Shown: positions 9,623-20,065 of the stretch, one piece after another
How positions within the stretch are numbered: the stretch's first letter is position 1
Layout: each line of letters begins with the position of its first letter
Origin: an uncultured bacterium
GTDB taxonomy: Bacteria; Zixibacteria; MSB-5A5; CAIYYT01
NCBI GenBank assembly: GCA_963726455.1
Contig: CAVSCK010000004.1
Span: forward strand, 1,728,001-1,792,000
DNA length: 64,000 bases
Direction: 5' to 3'
The notes under the pieces: model-generated
Told to the model about the DNA's origin: nothing
Database searches by the model: none
What the model saw: the letters and a program-made list of their open reading frames with translations, nothing else
Made by a program: the position numbers and the translations under genes

Positions 9623-10732
9623 CTATTTGTTGACCAACGTAAACACCACGATTTCCGGGCGATTTCCCGTGCGCAACGGCGGACCCCAGGTTCCAGCGCC
9701 ACTGCTGGTGTAAATAGAAAAATCCCCGTCGGTGTGCAGACCATAGTCATAGTTGTTGTAGACCTTGTGCGTGATGTAATTGAATGGCCACATCTGACCG
9801 ACATGAGTATGACCGCACAACAGCAGGTTCACGCCGCTTTCCTGAAACGGCTCGAACCCGACAGGGGGATGGAAGAGCGCAATCGTTGGTCTGCCCTGCA
9901 CGATTCGCTTGAGTGTCGCATCCATTGCGTCTCGGTTGCCTCCAGTCGGATACTCGATACCCACCAGTTGAATACTGTCCAGATCGATGATCTCGTTTCG
10001 AAGCACCCTTACCGGAAGTTCCTCCAGCGCTTTCAGGCATTTGTCGACGCCGACGTAAGTCTCGTGATTGCCGGTAATAAAATAGGTTCCCAATTTCGGC
10101 TTTAGGCGCGCCAGCGGATAAGCCAGACTGTTTAGATCAGGACTGGCGCCGTCGAAAAGATCGCCGGTGATGAACACAACATCGGGATTGATCTTGTTGA
10201 TCTTGGCGACAATCCGGGTCATGAACGACTCGCGGTTTATCGCGCCGAGATGAATATCTGAAATCTGAACGATCTTGCGATTATGCCAGTTTCCGGGCAA
10301 ATTCTTAATCGGAACGGTCACATACCGCACCACGGGATTGGCGGCATTAACCAGACCGTAGGTGGAATATCCCACTGCGCACAAAAGAAAGAACGCACCG
10401 ATGATCCGCCAGTGGGCCGAATGAAATATCAGCGCGCTCAATCCACCGCCGATCCAGGTCAGGATCACTGACATAGTTATATATAGAAATGCTCCGAGCC
10501 AGATTCCCGAAATCAGATAGAAACTACCGGTGAAAAAATTCTCCCAACGATGTACCAAGAGTGAAGCGCAGATAAAACTGGCCGATAGCAGCAGGATCGT
10601 AATCCCGAGGCCGCGCTTGAAAAGTGGATCAGTAATATGGAAGAATTTCACCCACGAGAAATAGAGTCCTGCGTGAAACAGGAATATTAGCGTAAATCCG
10701 ATCGCGATAAAGGTGTGAAACTGTAATCTCAT
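9623..10732 (-). CDS. Membrane-anchored metallophosphoesterase (YkuE-like)
   Basis: N-terminal TM helices; SDIHLG, TGDLFD, GNHE, GHTHVGQ, GTWGPP.R. Confidence 0.9.
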   Translation of the reverse strand: MRLQFHTFIAIGFTLIFLFHAGLYFSWVKFFHITDPLFKRGLGITILLLSASFICASLLVHRWENFFTGSFYLISGIWLGAFLYITMSVILTWIGGGLSALIFHSAHWRIIGAFFLLCAVGYSTYGLVNAANPVVRYVTVPIKNLPGNWHNRKIVQISDIHLGAINRESFMTRIVAKINKINPDVVFITGDLFDGASPDLNSLAYPLARLKPKLGTYFITGNHETYVGVDKCLKALEELPVRVLRNEIIDLDSIQLVGIEYPTGGNRDAMDATLKRIVQGRPTIALFHPPVGFEPFQESGVNLLLCGHTHVGQMWPFNYITHKVYNNYDYGLHTDGDFSIYTSSGAGTWGPPLRTGNRPEIVVFTLVNK

Positions 10733-10746
10733 GCGGGAATAATTAA

Positions 10747-10772
10747 ACCGGCGTGCGTAATTGCACGCCGGT
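10747..10772 (-). terminator. Probable intrinsic terminator after the cytochrome gene
   Basis: ACCGGCGTGC/GCACGCCGGT 10-bp stem, 6-nt loop, followed by TTAATTATT on the minus strand. Confidence 0.5.
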
Positions 10773-10816
10773 CGGACATTTGATGTTATAGATGCAAGAA
10801 AGACCTGGAGCCGTAA

Positions 10817-11398
10817 CTAGCCCTTCTTCACTTCGGTCGCCTTCGGGAACAACTGGTGCATTCCCTTCGGGTCTTTCACGTACTTGTCGAAATCGAAGCC
10901 CTTAAAGGTCGGGGACTTCTCGTTATGGCATCTCACGCAGATTTCCTTGGTCGGCTGGGTCAGGCCATTGGCCATCGCGGCTTTCACGTCTTTCATGATC
11001 GCCTGGGTCTTATAAGCAGATCCAGCGCCGTGGCAAACTTCGCACTGTACTCCGGTCAACATTGCGCCGGCTGCATCTTTACCAGTGGAATGGCAACCGA
11101 TGCAATCCTCTTTCTTCTGTTCTTCCGGTTTCAGAGCTTCCCATGCCTTGGCATGCACGGTCGTCATCCATGAGTCATACTGCTTCTTGTGACAGAGCTT
11201 GCATTTGTCTTTGCCGACGAATTCAAACTTGCCGGCGGCCGGTTTGGCGGCAGGGGCTTTTGCCTCGCCCTTGGCCGGAGCAGCGGTCTCAGTCTTGGCA
11301 GGAGCGGTCTTGGTCGTATCTTGGGCCATCAGGTTCCCAAAGACCAAGGCGAACGCAGCCACCAGAACAACGGCCAAAACGAATAACTTCTTGCTCAT
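10817..11398 (-). CDS. Periplasmic tetraheme cytochrome c (c554-like)
   Basis: Signal peptide, A/P/K-rich linker, four CxxCH motifs (CKLCH, CIGCH, CEVCH, CVRCH). Confidence 0.88.
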   Translation of the reverse strand: MSKKLFVLAVVLVAAFALVFGNLMAQDTTKTAPAKTETAAPAKGEAKAPAAKPAAGKFEFVGKDKCKLCHKKQYDSWMTTVHAKAWEALKPEEQKKEDCIGCHSTGKDAAGAMLTGVQCEVCHGAGSAYKTQAIMKDVKAAMANGLTQPTKEICVRCHNEKSPTFKGFDFDKYVKDPKGMHQLFPKATEVKKG

Positions 11399-11791
11399 TC
11401 CTAGTCTCCTCCTGAGAGTTAACGTTTGTTACTTTTTGTACAATCTTCTGCCTTACTAGTTGCCCGAATATATGCCGAAGTCAGCGGCTGTCAAGAAAAT
11501 AAATGTAAATTTGACTCCTCTTCATCCGATCTAATTAGGGTGAATCCGTTCGCCTCGGTGCACACGATGATTATACATTCGACACCCAAAAACCTGCTAA
11601 CTCCAAGTCGTGAAATAAAATGTTTTTTTGTTGATTTCGAATTGAGGAGATTTTACATTTTCGCTTCACTGGTCCGGAAGAATTATGTCCGGTCTGCTCT
11701 GGGATAATGAGTTTCCATGGAGGGATTCGTTGCACTTATTCCCCTCTGAGGATGAAATAGTAATTAAACCCTAGTTGGGAGGGAACAAACT

Positions 11792-13288
11792 TTGCGTAAA
11801 GCGATCGTATTCATCATGATGCTTGCTTTGGTAGCTGCTATAGCAGCGCCTGCGTCTGCCTATGACGAGACCGGCAAGCTCGGCCTGAGCTACCGCTTCG
11901 GCTTCCATACCGTGACCAAGAGCCCCTGGAAACTGAATTTCATGCACGGTGGTGAGATAAAGTGGGGCGTCCATAAGAACGTGGCCATTGCCCTGACCGG
12001 CGTTTATGGTCGCACTCATGGTGGGATACTGGAAACGGGAGCGACCAAATTCACCAAGATGGACGACAAGAACGGCCTGAAGACCTACAGACTTCGCAAC
12101 TACATTGCCGAATTGGGTCCCGTTGTTAATCTCATGCCCGACAAGAACTTTAATGTCTACTTGACGGCGGGCGCCGGTGTCGGTGGCTGGACGATCAGAG
12201 ACCCTATGAATCGCAACAACATTGTGTCCGTGAATTACAAGGGCAAGAACTACATGCTGCAGGATCAGCAGTTTACTCTGATGTTCGGCGCCGGTTTTGA
12301 GTACTTTCTGATTCCTGAATTCTCGATCGGAGCAGCGGCCCGCTATCACGCGTTCACCAAAGTGCTTTCGGATTTCAGGGACGGCGACGCTAAAGACCTT
12401 GCCAGTTCCACGAACCTTGATCTTCACAAGGGGTTGCTTGAAGTAGGCGGCGTACTCACCGCTTACTTGGGAAGATGCGTTGACTCCGATGAAGACGGCG
12501 TCTGCGACAAAGATGATAAGTGCCCTGACACGCCGAAAGGTTGCAAGGTTGATGCCAATGGCTGTCCCCTTGATGCCGATGGCGACGGCGTTTGCGACGG
12601 CTTGGACAAATGCCCAGACACTCCGAAGGGCTGCACGGTCGACATCAACGGATGCCCGATGGATACCGACGGTGACGGTGTTTGCGATGGCGTAGATAAG
12701 TGCCCGGATACCCCGAAAGGCTGCAAAGTCGACGCGGTAGGTTGCCCGATTGATTCCGATCACGATGGTGTTCCTGACTGCCTCGACAAATGCCCCGACA
12801 CGCCTTCCTGTTGCAAGGTCGACGTCAACGGTTGCCCGATTGATTCCGACGGCGACGGCGTTTGTGACGGCTGCGACAAGTGCCCGGGAACTCCGGCTGG
12901 TATGAAGGTTGATGCAGATGGTTGCCCGACCGAATACAAGATCGAAAAGGAAATGGAACTGACGGAAGTTCAGTTTATCGTGAACACCTGGACATTGACT
13001 GACAAGGCAAAGAAGTCGCTTGATGAAGTTGCCAAGTCATTGGCTGCGTTCCCGCACGTCAATCTTGAAGTTCAGGGATACACCGACATTTCCGGCCGTA
13101 AGGGTTGGAACGACACGCTGTCACAGCGTCGTGCGGATGCCGTGGTTGACTACTTCGTATCGAAGGGCTTGGACATCGCCAGATTCACCACAAAGGGATT
13201 TGGCTCAGAGAATCCGAAATACGACAACAAGACCGTTGAAGGTCGTGTCAAGAATCGTCGCGTGGAGATGATTCGCTTGAATCAGTAG
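11792..13288 (+). CDS. OmpA family protein: beta-barrel, thrombospondin type-3-like repeats, peptidoglycan-binding domain
   Basis: Signal peptide; N-terminal barrel; GYTD...N..LSQRRA..V and GRVKNRRVE OmpA-C motifs. Confidence 0.92.
   Translation: MRKAIVFIMMLALVAAIAAPASAYDETGKLGLSYRFGFHTVTKSPWKLNFMHGGEIKWGVHKNVAIALTGVYGRTHGGILETGATKFTKMDDKNGLKTYRLRNYIAELGPVVNLMPDKNFNVYLTAGAGVGGWTIRDPMNRNNIVSVNYKGKNYMLQDQQFTLMFGAGFEYFLIPEFSIGAAARYHAFTKVLSDFRDGDAKDLASSTNLDLHKGLLEVGGVLTAYLGRCVDSDEDGVCDKDDKCPDTPKGCKVDANGCPLDADGDGVCDGLDKCPDTPKGCTVDINGCPMDTDGDGVCDGVDKCPDTPKGCKVDAVGCPIDSDHDGVPDCLDKCPDTPSCCKVDVNGCPIDSDGDGVCDGCDKCPGTPAGMKVDADGCPTEYKIEKEMELTEVQFIVNTWTLTDKAKKSLDEVAKSLAAFPHVNLEVQGYTDISGRKGWNDTLSQRRADAVVDYFVSKGLDIARFTTKGFGSENPKYDNKTVEGRVKNRRVEMIRLNQ
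12479..12928 (+). repeat. Five tandem 90-bp (30-aa) Ca-binding TSP3-like coding repeats
   Basis: xDxDxDGVxDxxDKCPxTPxxxxVDxxGCP repeated five times in frame. Confidence 0.9.
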
Positions 13289-13311
13289 TGAACATTACCA
13301 ATTAATGGCAG

Positions 13312-13344
13312 AAGCGCCGGTCAAACGACCGGCGCTTTTGTTTT
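13312..13344 (+). terminator. Intrinsic terminator after the OmpA gene
   Basis: AAGCGCCGGTC-AAAC-GACCGGCGCTT followed by TTGTTTT; lies between convergent genes. Confidence 0.85.
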
Positions 13345-13391
13345 GCCGACGGGGCGGATGTGAACTTGGGGGAAAACCTGTAATCTATTGC

Positions 13392-15530
13392 CTATTTGTG
13401 TTTCTTCGCCGATTTGACAGGACGGTTGGCGGCGCCTACGTTGAACTCGCTCGTGACGCGACGCTGATTACCGCAGCGGTCGGTAACTCTGATGTCGAGC
13501 AGGTGCTTGCCGGCGGAAAGATCGAAGTACGGAGTCGATGTCAGCGTGGATGCTTCGGGATCATATACCGGTATGCACCAGCGCCCGTCTATCCTAACCT
13601 CGAATGAGTCGCGAACACCCGATAGGTTGTCATTTACTTTACATCTAATTGTCGGACGGACCGACATCACCGACGCCTTGGAAGCAGGCACAACCTGGCG
13701 AATTGTCGGCGGGATGGTATCAATGCGCATAATCACCGTCCCCGGGCGGTAGGACTTGGCCGTTACTGCGACGGCTGCGCTGTCCATGTCATTGCCCAAC
13801 CAACTTAGTTGATTCGATGACCCAAGATAAAGAGCTGCTCCCCGTGGAATTGTTGTATCGAACTTGTAGGCGAATGTTACCTGCTTGGCGAAGGGGAAAT
13901 CGTTCGGAATAAGCGTGTATGAAAGCGCGTTTGAGCCCTTGCCAGTCTCAATTTCATAGTAGTATTGACGATCGAGCGGAAAACAGGCATCAGCCAGAGG
14001 CGGCAACGTGACTGCAAGCCTTCCGTCAGCGGACACGACGTTGCCTTTCGCCTTGTCATTGGATAACCAGGCGCGACGAAAATCCGTCTTAATGGAATCC
14101 TGTTGCGAAGAACCATCGGTAGACTTGAGTGACCAATACACGTAAAGAGTCTCGCCACCACTCAGATAATCTTTGCCGCCAACCGAGTCAACCAAACCGA
14201 GCCAATACCCGCCACCAAGGTCAGTGAAACCGCCTGACTCAGCCACCGATCTCCGGGCAGAGGTGAAACTAAGTCCGTTAGCATGGGGCTTAAGCGTGCG
14301 AATCAAAGAGTAGAGCCGGTTGCCCGCGGGGATGAAGCTTAATGTCAGGTCGCCATGTGCGGTTCCTAACTTGTCCGACAAAGCGGCGAGTCGGGCGAAG
14401 TCGGGTTTGGTACTCAATTTCCACGGATCGTGATTTACTTTGCGCACCGGGACTACGGCGCGACTTTCGTTACCGGCAATGTCGCGTGCCACCAGAGTAA
14501 GAGTGTAAACTTGGTCTCCGCCTTCACGGCAAAGTCCCGTGCCTTCGTCGGCTTGTTTGTAAGACACCAGATTATGGAAGTCCGTCGCTCCGTGTATGGC
14601 CATTTGGAAGTTACGCTCCATATCGACCAGATACGTGTTGTCGAAACTGAGACTGTCGTAGGTCATTTGATAGAGCAATTGACTGCCCTGACGTAATTCC
14701 AGTGAGTAGATTGACCGAATCCAGGGACTCGTGTCCATGTGGTCGATGGCCTCGACCGAGAGCCAGAAGTCAAAACCGTCACATTCTAAGGTATCGTTCA
14801 GCACATATTCCGACGACCGCGGTTTCTTCACGAAGCTGTAATCGAGTTTATGTCCCAGCGCCCGTTCCAGTTCTTCGTTCCAATTCCCGATCAGATGCAG
14901 CCGGCGAAATTCTGGTGCTTCGGTATCGGTTTGCTTCAGGCCATCAAAACCGAGCGGATTGAGCGGAGTGTTTTCCGGAGTGCGAACCTCAAAATGCAAA
15001 TGCGGCGCGCCGACTCCGGTCTGGCCGCTGTAACAAATTGTGTCGCCGCGATGGTAGCGGAATTGAGTTGCGTCCAGAAATATGTTCTGATTGTATGACT
15101 CTGATTTGATCTGCCGCTCCTGGACGTATTTCTCGACCTCCGGACGAAAGTGATCGAGGTGCCCAAACACCGCCACTTTGCCGTCAACCATCTGAAAATA
15201 GAGCGCCTTGCCGTAGCCATAATATGCCATCGAAATCCGCATGACGTAGCCGTCCGCCGGAGCCAGAACGGGCAAACCGATCTTTCCGCCCGTGCGGACA
15301 TCGAGCCCGGCATGGTAATGGCGCGTGCGCCAATCGCCAAACGAAGACGACAATTCCTTCCCGTACGGCAACGGCCACAAGTATTCGGAGTGAGCTACCT
15401 CACTGAGAAGAATCGAGACTAGTAGCAGAAGCGTCCAGAATGAAGAGGACTTTGATGCGCGGGATATATACTTGGTGAGAAATTTCAAGTTGCCTGACTG
15501 AGTCTGACTGCCAATATCAGAACAGCTCAT
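13392..15530 (-). CDS. M23 family metallopeptidase, secreted
   Basis: SSFGDWRTRHYHAGLD (HxxxD), GYGKALY, PHLHFE (HxH); start uncertain (ATG 15530 or TTG 15488). Confidence 0.85.
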   Translation of the reverse strand: MSCSDIGSQTQSGNLKFLTKYISRASKSSSFWTLLLLVSILLSEVAHSEYLWPLPYGKELSSSFGDWRTRHYHAGLDVRTGGKIGLPVLAPADGYVMRISMAYYGYGKALYFQMVDGKVAVFGHLDHFRPEVEKYVQERQIKSESYNQNIFLDATQFRYHRGDTICYSGQTGVGAPHLHFEVRTPENTPLNPLGFDGLKQTDTEAPEFRRLHLIGNWNEELERALGHKLDYSFVKKPRSSEYVLNDTLECDGFDFWLSVEAIDHMDTSPWIRSIYSLELRQGSQLLYQMTYDSLSFDNTYLVDMERNFQMAIHGATDFHNLVSYKQADEGTGLCREGGDQVYTLTLVARDIAGNESRAVVPVRKVNHDPWKLSTKPDFARLAALSDKLGTAHGDLTLSFIPAGNRLYSLIRTLKPHANGLSFTSARRSVAESGGFTDLGGGYWLGLVDSVGGKDYLSGGETLYVYWSLKSTDGSSQQDSIKTDFRRAWLSNDKAKGNVVSADGRLAVTLPPLADACFPLDRQYYYEIETGKGSNALSYTLIPNDFPFAKQVTFAYKFDTTIPRGAALYLGSSNQLSWLGNDMDSAAVAVTAKSYRPGTVIMRIDTIPPTIRQVVPASKASVMSVRPTIRCKVNDNLSGVRDSFEVRIDGRWCIPVYDPEASTLTSTPYFDLSAGKHLLDIRVTDRCGNQRRVTSEFNVGAANRPVKSAKKHK

Positions 15531-16584
15531 AGTTCTGCCCGTGAGATGTGTCTCTCCTGGATGCGCGCTCGGTGGCAACCCTGCCAGCTGAATGCTCTTT
15601 GGAGGGAGTGTGATGGGCAGGGACTTGATCGCTGCGAAATCCTTTGGTGAGATATTCGGCGTCGAATCCGAGATCGCGCAGAAGCTCGGCGAACCGGGCC
15701 TCGCCATGCAACGTGTAAATCTTGCGAGGACCGCATTGCTCAATATACGAAAGTAGCTGCGTGTAATCGGCGTGATCAGAGAGAGGCAAGCCGTCGGCTC
15801 CGACGGTAAAGCTCTTCCTGGCGCCGACAGACCAGCCGCTGAGAAAGAGGGTCTTCTTTCGTTTCAACTGCTTGAATTCGTCCTGACGCGTGGTCTGCGG
15901 CGCGACAACCACCACTTTGCCGTCCAAGGAAGTATGAAGATAATGGCTGGTCGGCTGGAGCTTGACGCCCGCGGCGCGATAAAGCTGGTTCATTTTGGAT
16001 ATGGAAGTATCGACGCAAACAGTGAAGCCATGTTGCTGCATCAGCATGACGGCCTCTTGTGATTTGCCCATCGTATACCCGATCAACACCGGGATGTTGC
16101 GGTCGGCGAGGACGCGTTTCACGAAGCTAATAATACGAGTATATACCTCGTTCTGCGGCGGAAAGGAATAGCTCGGATCTCCGTACGTTGATTCCATGAT
16201 CAGTATGTCGCAGCGACGTGTTTCCAGCGGAGGACAGGTCAGATTGGGATAGATTTTGAAATCGCCGGTGTAGACGATGCGCGTATGATTGACTTCCACC
16301 ATGATTTGCGCGGCTCCCAGCATATGTCCGGATGGGAAAAGCTCCACCGAGGCGTCGCCGAATTTGACACTCCGACCGAACGGAAGAACGCGCGTCGGCA
16401 CATTCGGGAAACGTTGCCGATAGAGCAGAGCCGTTTCCGCCGTGGCGAGAATACGACCATGCTTGCGGGCGTGATCGAAATGAGCATGGGAGACATACGC
16501 AAAATCGGCGGTTCTGCCCGGATCGAGCAGGAAGTCGAGTCCCTCAATGGCAATGCCATTGTCGTAAGTTATTAATGGTGGCAC
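15517..16584 (-). CDS. MBL-fold/beta-CASP-like nuclease (ligase-associated exonuclease-like)
   Basis: SHAHFDH, GHMLGAAQ, YTGDF, ESTYG, LSDHAD. Confidence 0.8.
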   Translation of the reverse strand: MPPLITYDNGIAIEGLDFLLDPGRTADFAYVSHAHFDHARKHGRILATAETALLYRQRFPNVPTRVLPFGRSVKFGDASVELFPSGHMLGAAQIMVEVNHTRIVYTGDFKIYPNLTCPPLETRRCDILIMESTYGDPSYSFPPQNEVYTRIISFVKRVLADRNIPVLIGYTMGKSQEAVMLMQQHGFTVCVDTSISKMNQLYRAAGVKLQPTSHYLHTSLDGKVVVVAPQTTRQDEFKQLKRKKTLFLSGWSVGARKSFTVGADGLPLSDHADYTQLLSYIEQCGPRKIYTLHGEARFAELLRDLGFDAEYLTKGFRSDQVPAHHTPSKEHSAGRVATERASRRDTSHGQNYELF

Positions 16585-16610
16585 AATAGATTGCGAGTAA
16601 ATGTCGTCCG

Positions 16611-17093
16611 CTAAAGTTTGTAACCGATCTTTCTCAAGAATTCGTGGCGCTTCTTCTTGGCGGCATCATCTTCGATTCCCAGCGGCTTTTCGCCGTCGAC
16701 TACGCCCAGAATTCCATTACCCTGTTGCGTGCGAGCCACCAGCACTTCCACCGGGTTAGCGGTCGCACAGAACAGATTCACCACTTCATATACGTTCTTG
16801 AGACTCGTCAGAATGTTCACTGGAAAAGCATCTTTCATGAAGATCAGGAACGAATGCCCGGCGCCTATCTTAAGAATAGTATCGGCTGCTGCTTTCGCCA
16901 GCACGGGATCGTTTCCCGAAAAGCGCACCAGCCGGTCGCCGGAGGCCTCACAAAACGCGACACCAAACTTGACGGTCGGCACCGAGTTGACCATCAATTC
17001 ATGAATATCTTCAACGCTCTTAATGAAATGCGTCATGCCGAGCACCAGATTGCACCCTTCCTGCATGTCGATCTTAATGGTATCTATGTCCAT
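16611..17093 (-). CDS. Adenosine-specific kinase family protein (DUF355)
   Basis: GMTHFIKSVEDI, GVAFCEASG, CATANP, GVVDG, FLRKIGYKL. Confidence 0.85.
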   Translation of the reverse strand: MDIDTIKIDMQEGCNLVLGMTHFIKSVEDIHELMVNSVPTVKFGVAFCEASGDRLVRFSGNDPVLAKAAADTILKIGAGHSFLIFMKDAFPVNILTSLKNVYEVVNLFCATANPVEVLVARTQQGNGILGVVDGEKPLGIEDDAAKKKRHEFLRKIGYKL

Positions 17094-17101
17094 AACTGCT
17101 C

Positions 17102-17965
17102 CTACTTTGCATCGCCCGAAGAGAAATATCGGTGATCAAAGAGCGAATCGGCAATCGAATTGTCGCAAGTATATGAGGAGTATTCTTCGATCACACCGAA
17201 TCTCCCTTTGAAGAACAAGAAGCCCGCCTTGCCCTTCAACTCGAATCGCTTGGGCAGATACAGTGTGCTGTCGTTGTCCGTGACCACGGCGTAGTCCATT
17301 TGGAAGTCCAGCATATCAACAAAATGAGGAAGTTTGGCCGGCGCGAACGTCGTCCTAAGTACGCCAAACGTCTTGGCGTCAATCCAGTAGGTTGCCATGA
17401 GATGACGTGAATCGGAGGTTTTGGAACGTGCCATCACAACATAATAGCTCATAAGCTTTTCGACCGACTGATCGACAGCGCCCCGGGCAGTCGCAATGGT
17501 TGAAGGAACAACATCAAAAGTCGAGTCCCCCTGCCCGATCAAGTAATAGTCATAGGCGGCCATTCCTTCGATGGTCATCGGATCGACGAAGTTTTCCTTC
17601 GAGCCCTCCTGCTTATCCTTGTCCTTCTGCTCCTCCTGCCATTTCTCGTTCAAGTCAGCGACACGTTTTTTGATCTCGTCGGGAGGCAATTGCTTACCGT
17701 CTTCTTCGATCGATAGAATCTCTTCCGAGGTTCGATCACCCCAGACATACATCTTGCGTTTGGTGATAGTAGTTTCATCCGGCTTCATGTTCTTGTCATA
17801 CTTGATCTTGTTGGTCGTAGCCAGAGCCGTGTACTTGTCGCAATGCTTCTTGTCCTGCTCCTGCTTCGCAATCACAGACTTGATTATGTCCTGAGGAGAC
17901 GGGTTCTGGGCCAGAAGAGTTCCGACAAACAACAGCGATATTGCCAGGGCAATCAAGCTCTTCAA
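17102..17965 (-). CDS. Secreted hypothetical protein
   Basis: 287-aa ORF with signal peptide; overlaps the stop of the upstream gene. Confidence 0.7.
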   Translation of the reverse strand: MKSLIALAISLLFVGTLLAQNPSPQDIIKSVIAKQEQDKKHCDKYTALATTNKIKYDKNMKPDETTITKRKMYVWGDRTSEEILSIEEDGKQLPPDEIKKRVADLNEKWQEEQKDKDKQEGSKENFVDPMTIEGMAAYDYYLIGQGDSTFDVVPSTIATARGAVDQSVEKLMSYYVVMARSKTSDSRHLMATYWIDAKTFGVLRTTFAPAKLPHFVDMLDFQMDYAVVTDNDSTLYLPKRFELKGKAGFLFFKGRFGVIEEYSSYTCDNSIADSLFDHRYFSSGDAK

Positions 17966-19947
17966 TGTTTCTCCCTCGGCTGGATAATCTTGATGGTTTG
18001 TATCATATCACCGACTTCGATCTGAGTCACTACGTCCATGCCCGAAAGCACGCGGCCAAACTGTGTGTACCGGCCGTTTAGGTGCGGCTGCGGCGACTGA
18101 CAAATGAAATACTGGCTGCCGCCGGTGTCTTTGCCGGATGTTGCCATACCGACCGAGCCGGTATTATACGGCAGATCGTTGTATTCACAACGTATTTCGT
18201 AGCCGGGTCCACCCCAACCATCTCCGCGTGGATCGCCATCTTGAATCACGAAATCAGGTACGACACGGTGCCACGATTTCTTGTCATAAAAACCGCTTTT
18301 CGCGAGCTTGATGAAATTGGCGACCGTCTTGCGCGCAAACTTTCTCAACAACTCGATGCGGATGGTTCCCTTGGAGGTAATGATCTCGGCGATGGGATTT
18401 GTTCCCTTGAAGTTGTAGATGCTGGAGTATGTTGCAGCACTAATTGACGTCCGATACTGATTGCCGGTATCAACAACTTCGAGTCCCAGGAGTGGGGCAA
18501 TCTTCCTGGCTCGAATCCGAATTGCATTGTTTGTATCTTCGACTGCGGATTTTATCAACGGCACTAGATAAGTTTGTTGACGCAGCGAATCCCCGTATTC
18601 CAACATGCAATCGAGGATGGTAGTCCTGATATCCGGTTTGGCTGAATACAGGTACATTCGAACAACGAACGGAAGCAAGTCGGTCATGCGACCGCCAAAG
18701 ATTTGACTACAAGCAAGATAGACCGGAACAATATCGGAATCACCCAATGCCTGATTAATGTATCTGATCCGCATAGTGTCTGGGCTGGCGGTTGTCAGGA
18801 TTTCAAAGGCCGCACCTCTTACGACGGCTATCGGATCCTGGGCCAGACTTGAGAGCAGATTCCACCGACTGTCACCGGTGAGGTATCCGCAAGCAGTTGC
18901 GGCAGCAGCCCGACTGCTTGAGTTCTCCGCAGTGGCAAAGTTCTCAATTTGCGAAAAGACATCGTCCTTCCTGAGTTTCGCCAGAGCCAGGAGCGCCTCG
19001 TTGCACAGATTCGGGTCGGCATCCGACAGTTCCATCGTCAAGCGATCAATGGCTTCAGCGCCACCGATTTCTCCCAGAGCTTTGATAGCGGCCTGCCTCA
19101 CGTATGGGTGCTCTCTGGCGCCGGCCATCGCTACAACCTGGGGAATCAGCACCTGGGCATTGAGCTTACCGGCGGCTTGGAGGCAATAGTATTTGACCCG
19201 CCAATCGGTCTCCGATAGTCGTCGTTTGATCTGAGGAATTACTGAGGCGTCGCCCACCTTGGCCAGAGCACTCAGCGAGAAGATTCGAATTTGCCGAACT
19301 GAGTCGGCTAAACCTAACAGATATATGGGCAGCGCATCCTTGTCGGCGCGCCGCGACAGAGCATAGAAGACCTTCTCTCTAATCAATCTATTCTTGTCAC
19401 CTGCCCGTGCAAAGAGTGCGCCAAAAGACGTCCGGTCACCCAGTCGTACCATCGACTCCGCCGCAAGCGCGCGAAAATGCGGTTTTTCGAGTGAGTCCGC
19501 GAGAATGTAGATCAATTGCGTGGCGGCTGCCGGCGAGCCAATCTGACTAAGAGCAACGATGGCGTGCGCTTTGACAGTCGAGTCACCGTCCGCCGAATAG
19601 CGCGTCAACTCTGCGGTGAAACTTGTGTCGCCAAGTTGACCGGCGGCAAAGATCGCCTGCACAAGAACTTGCTTTGACTCGTCTTCCAGAAGCTTGGCAA
19701 GAAAGGGTCGGTATATTCGGTCGCCGACAATGCCAATCATGTACGCAGTTTGTTCGCGCACATCAGGGTTCGGGTTGGCAATCCACTTCGAGACTCTGCC
19801 GGTGTCGACAGAACGCTCGTCCTCAAGAATGGCTATCGAAACCAGATTGCTGTCCGGTGATGTCGATTGGCAGAATGCTCGGCCAGTCCAGAGAAGAACC
19901 GCTGATGTAATGCACAAGCTGAACCACAAGAATCGCCGGGTTTTCAC
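17962..19947 (-). CDS. HEAT-repeat protein with C-terminal cyclophilin-type peptidyl-prolyl isomerase
   Basis: Signal peptide, repeated VR..AA.ALG helices, HRVVPDFVIQDGDP, GKDTGGSQYFI, HLNGRYT.FG. Confidence 0.9.
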   Translation of the reverse strand: MKTRRFLWFSLCITSAVLLWTGRAFCQSTSPDSNLVSIAILEDERSVDTGRVSKWIANPNPDVREQTAYMIGIVGDRIYRPFLAKLLEDESKQVLVQAIFAAGQLGDTSFTAELTRYSADGDSTVKAHAIVALSQIGSPAAATQLIYILADSLEKPHFRALAAESMVRLGDRTSFGALFARAGDKNRLIREKVFYALSRRADKDALPIYLLGLADSVRQIRIFSLSALAKVGDASVIPQIKRRLSETDWRVKYYCLQAAGKLNAQVLIPQVVAMAGAREHPYVRQAAIKALGEIGGAEAIDRLTMELSDADPNLCNEALLALAKLRKDDVFSQIENFATAENSSSRAAAATACGYLTGDSRWNLLSSLAQDPIAVVRGAAFEILTTASPDTMRIRYINQALGDSDIVPVYLACSQIFGGRMTDLLPFVVRMYLYSAKPDIRTTILDCMLEYGDSLRQQTYLVPLIKSAVEDTNNAIRIRARKIAPLLGLEVVDTGNQYRTSISAATYSSIYNFKGTNPIAEIITSKGTIRIELLRKFARKTVANFIKLAKSGFYDKKSWHRVVPDFVIQDGDPRGDGWGGPGYEIRCEYNDLPYNTGSVGMATSGKDTGGSQYFICQSPQPHLNGRYTQFGRVLSGMDVVTQIEVGDMIQTIKIIQPREKH

Positions 19948-20065
19948 GCTAGAAGATTACAGCGATTTTGCCCCGAAGACAAGCGGAAATCGCTCAGAAG
20001 TGGCACAGGTTGGATGCCAGTTAGAGAGGTATTGGATTTCGAAATCAGACTAGCGCAGGTGATAG

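Noticed and set aside
11660-11760. Weak hairpins in the ompA 5' region as a riboswitch
   Set aside because: Short imperfect stems with no recognisable aptamer consensus or expression platform.
11771-12763. 330-aa antisense ORF opposite ompA (likewise 57747-58661, 59263-59988, 4199-4921, 33874-34494)
   Set aside because: Shadow frames of strongly codon-biased genes with no recognisable motifs.
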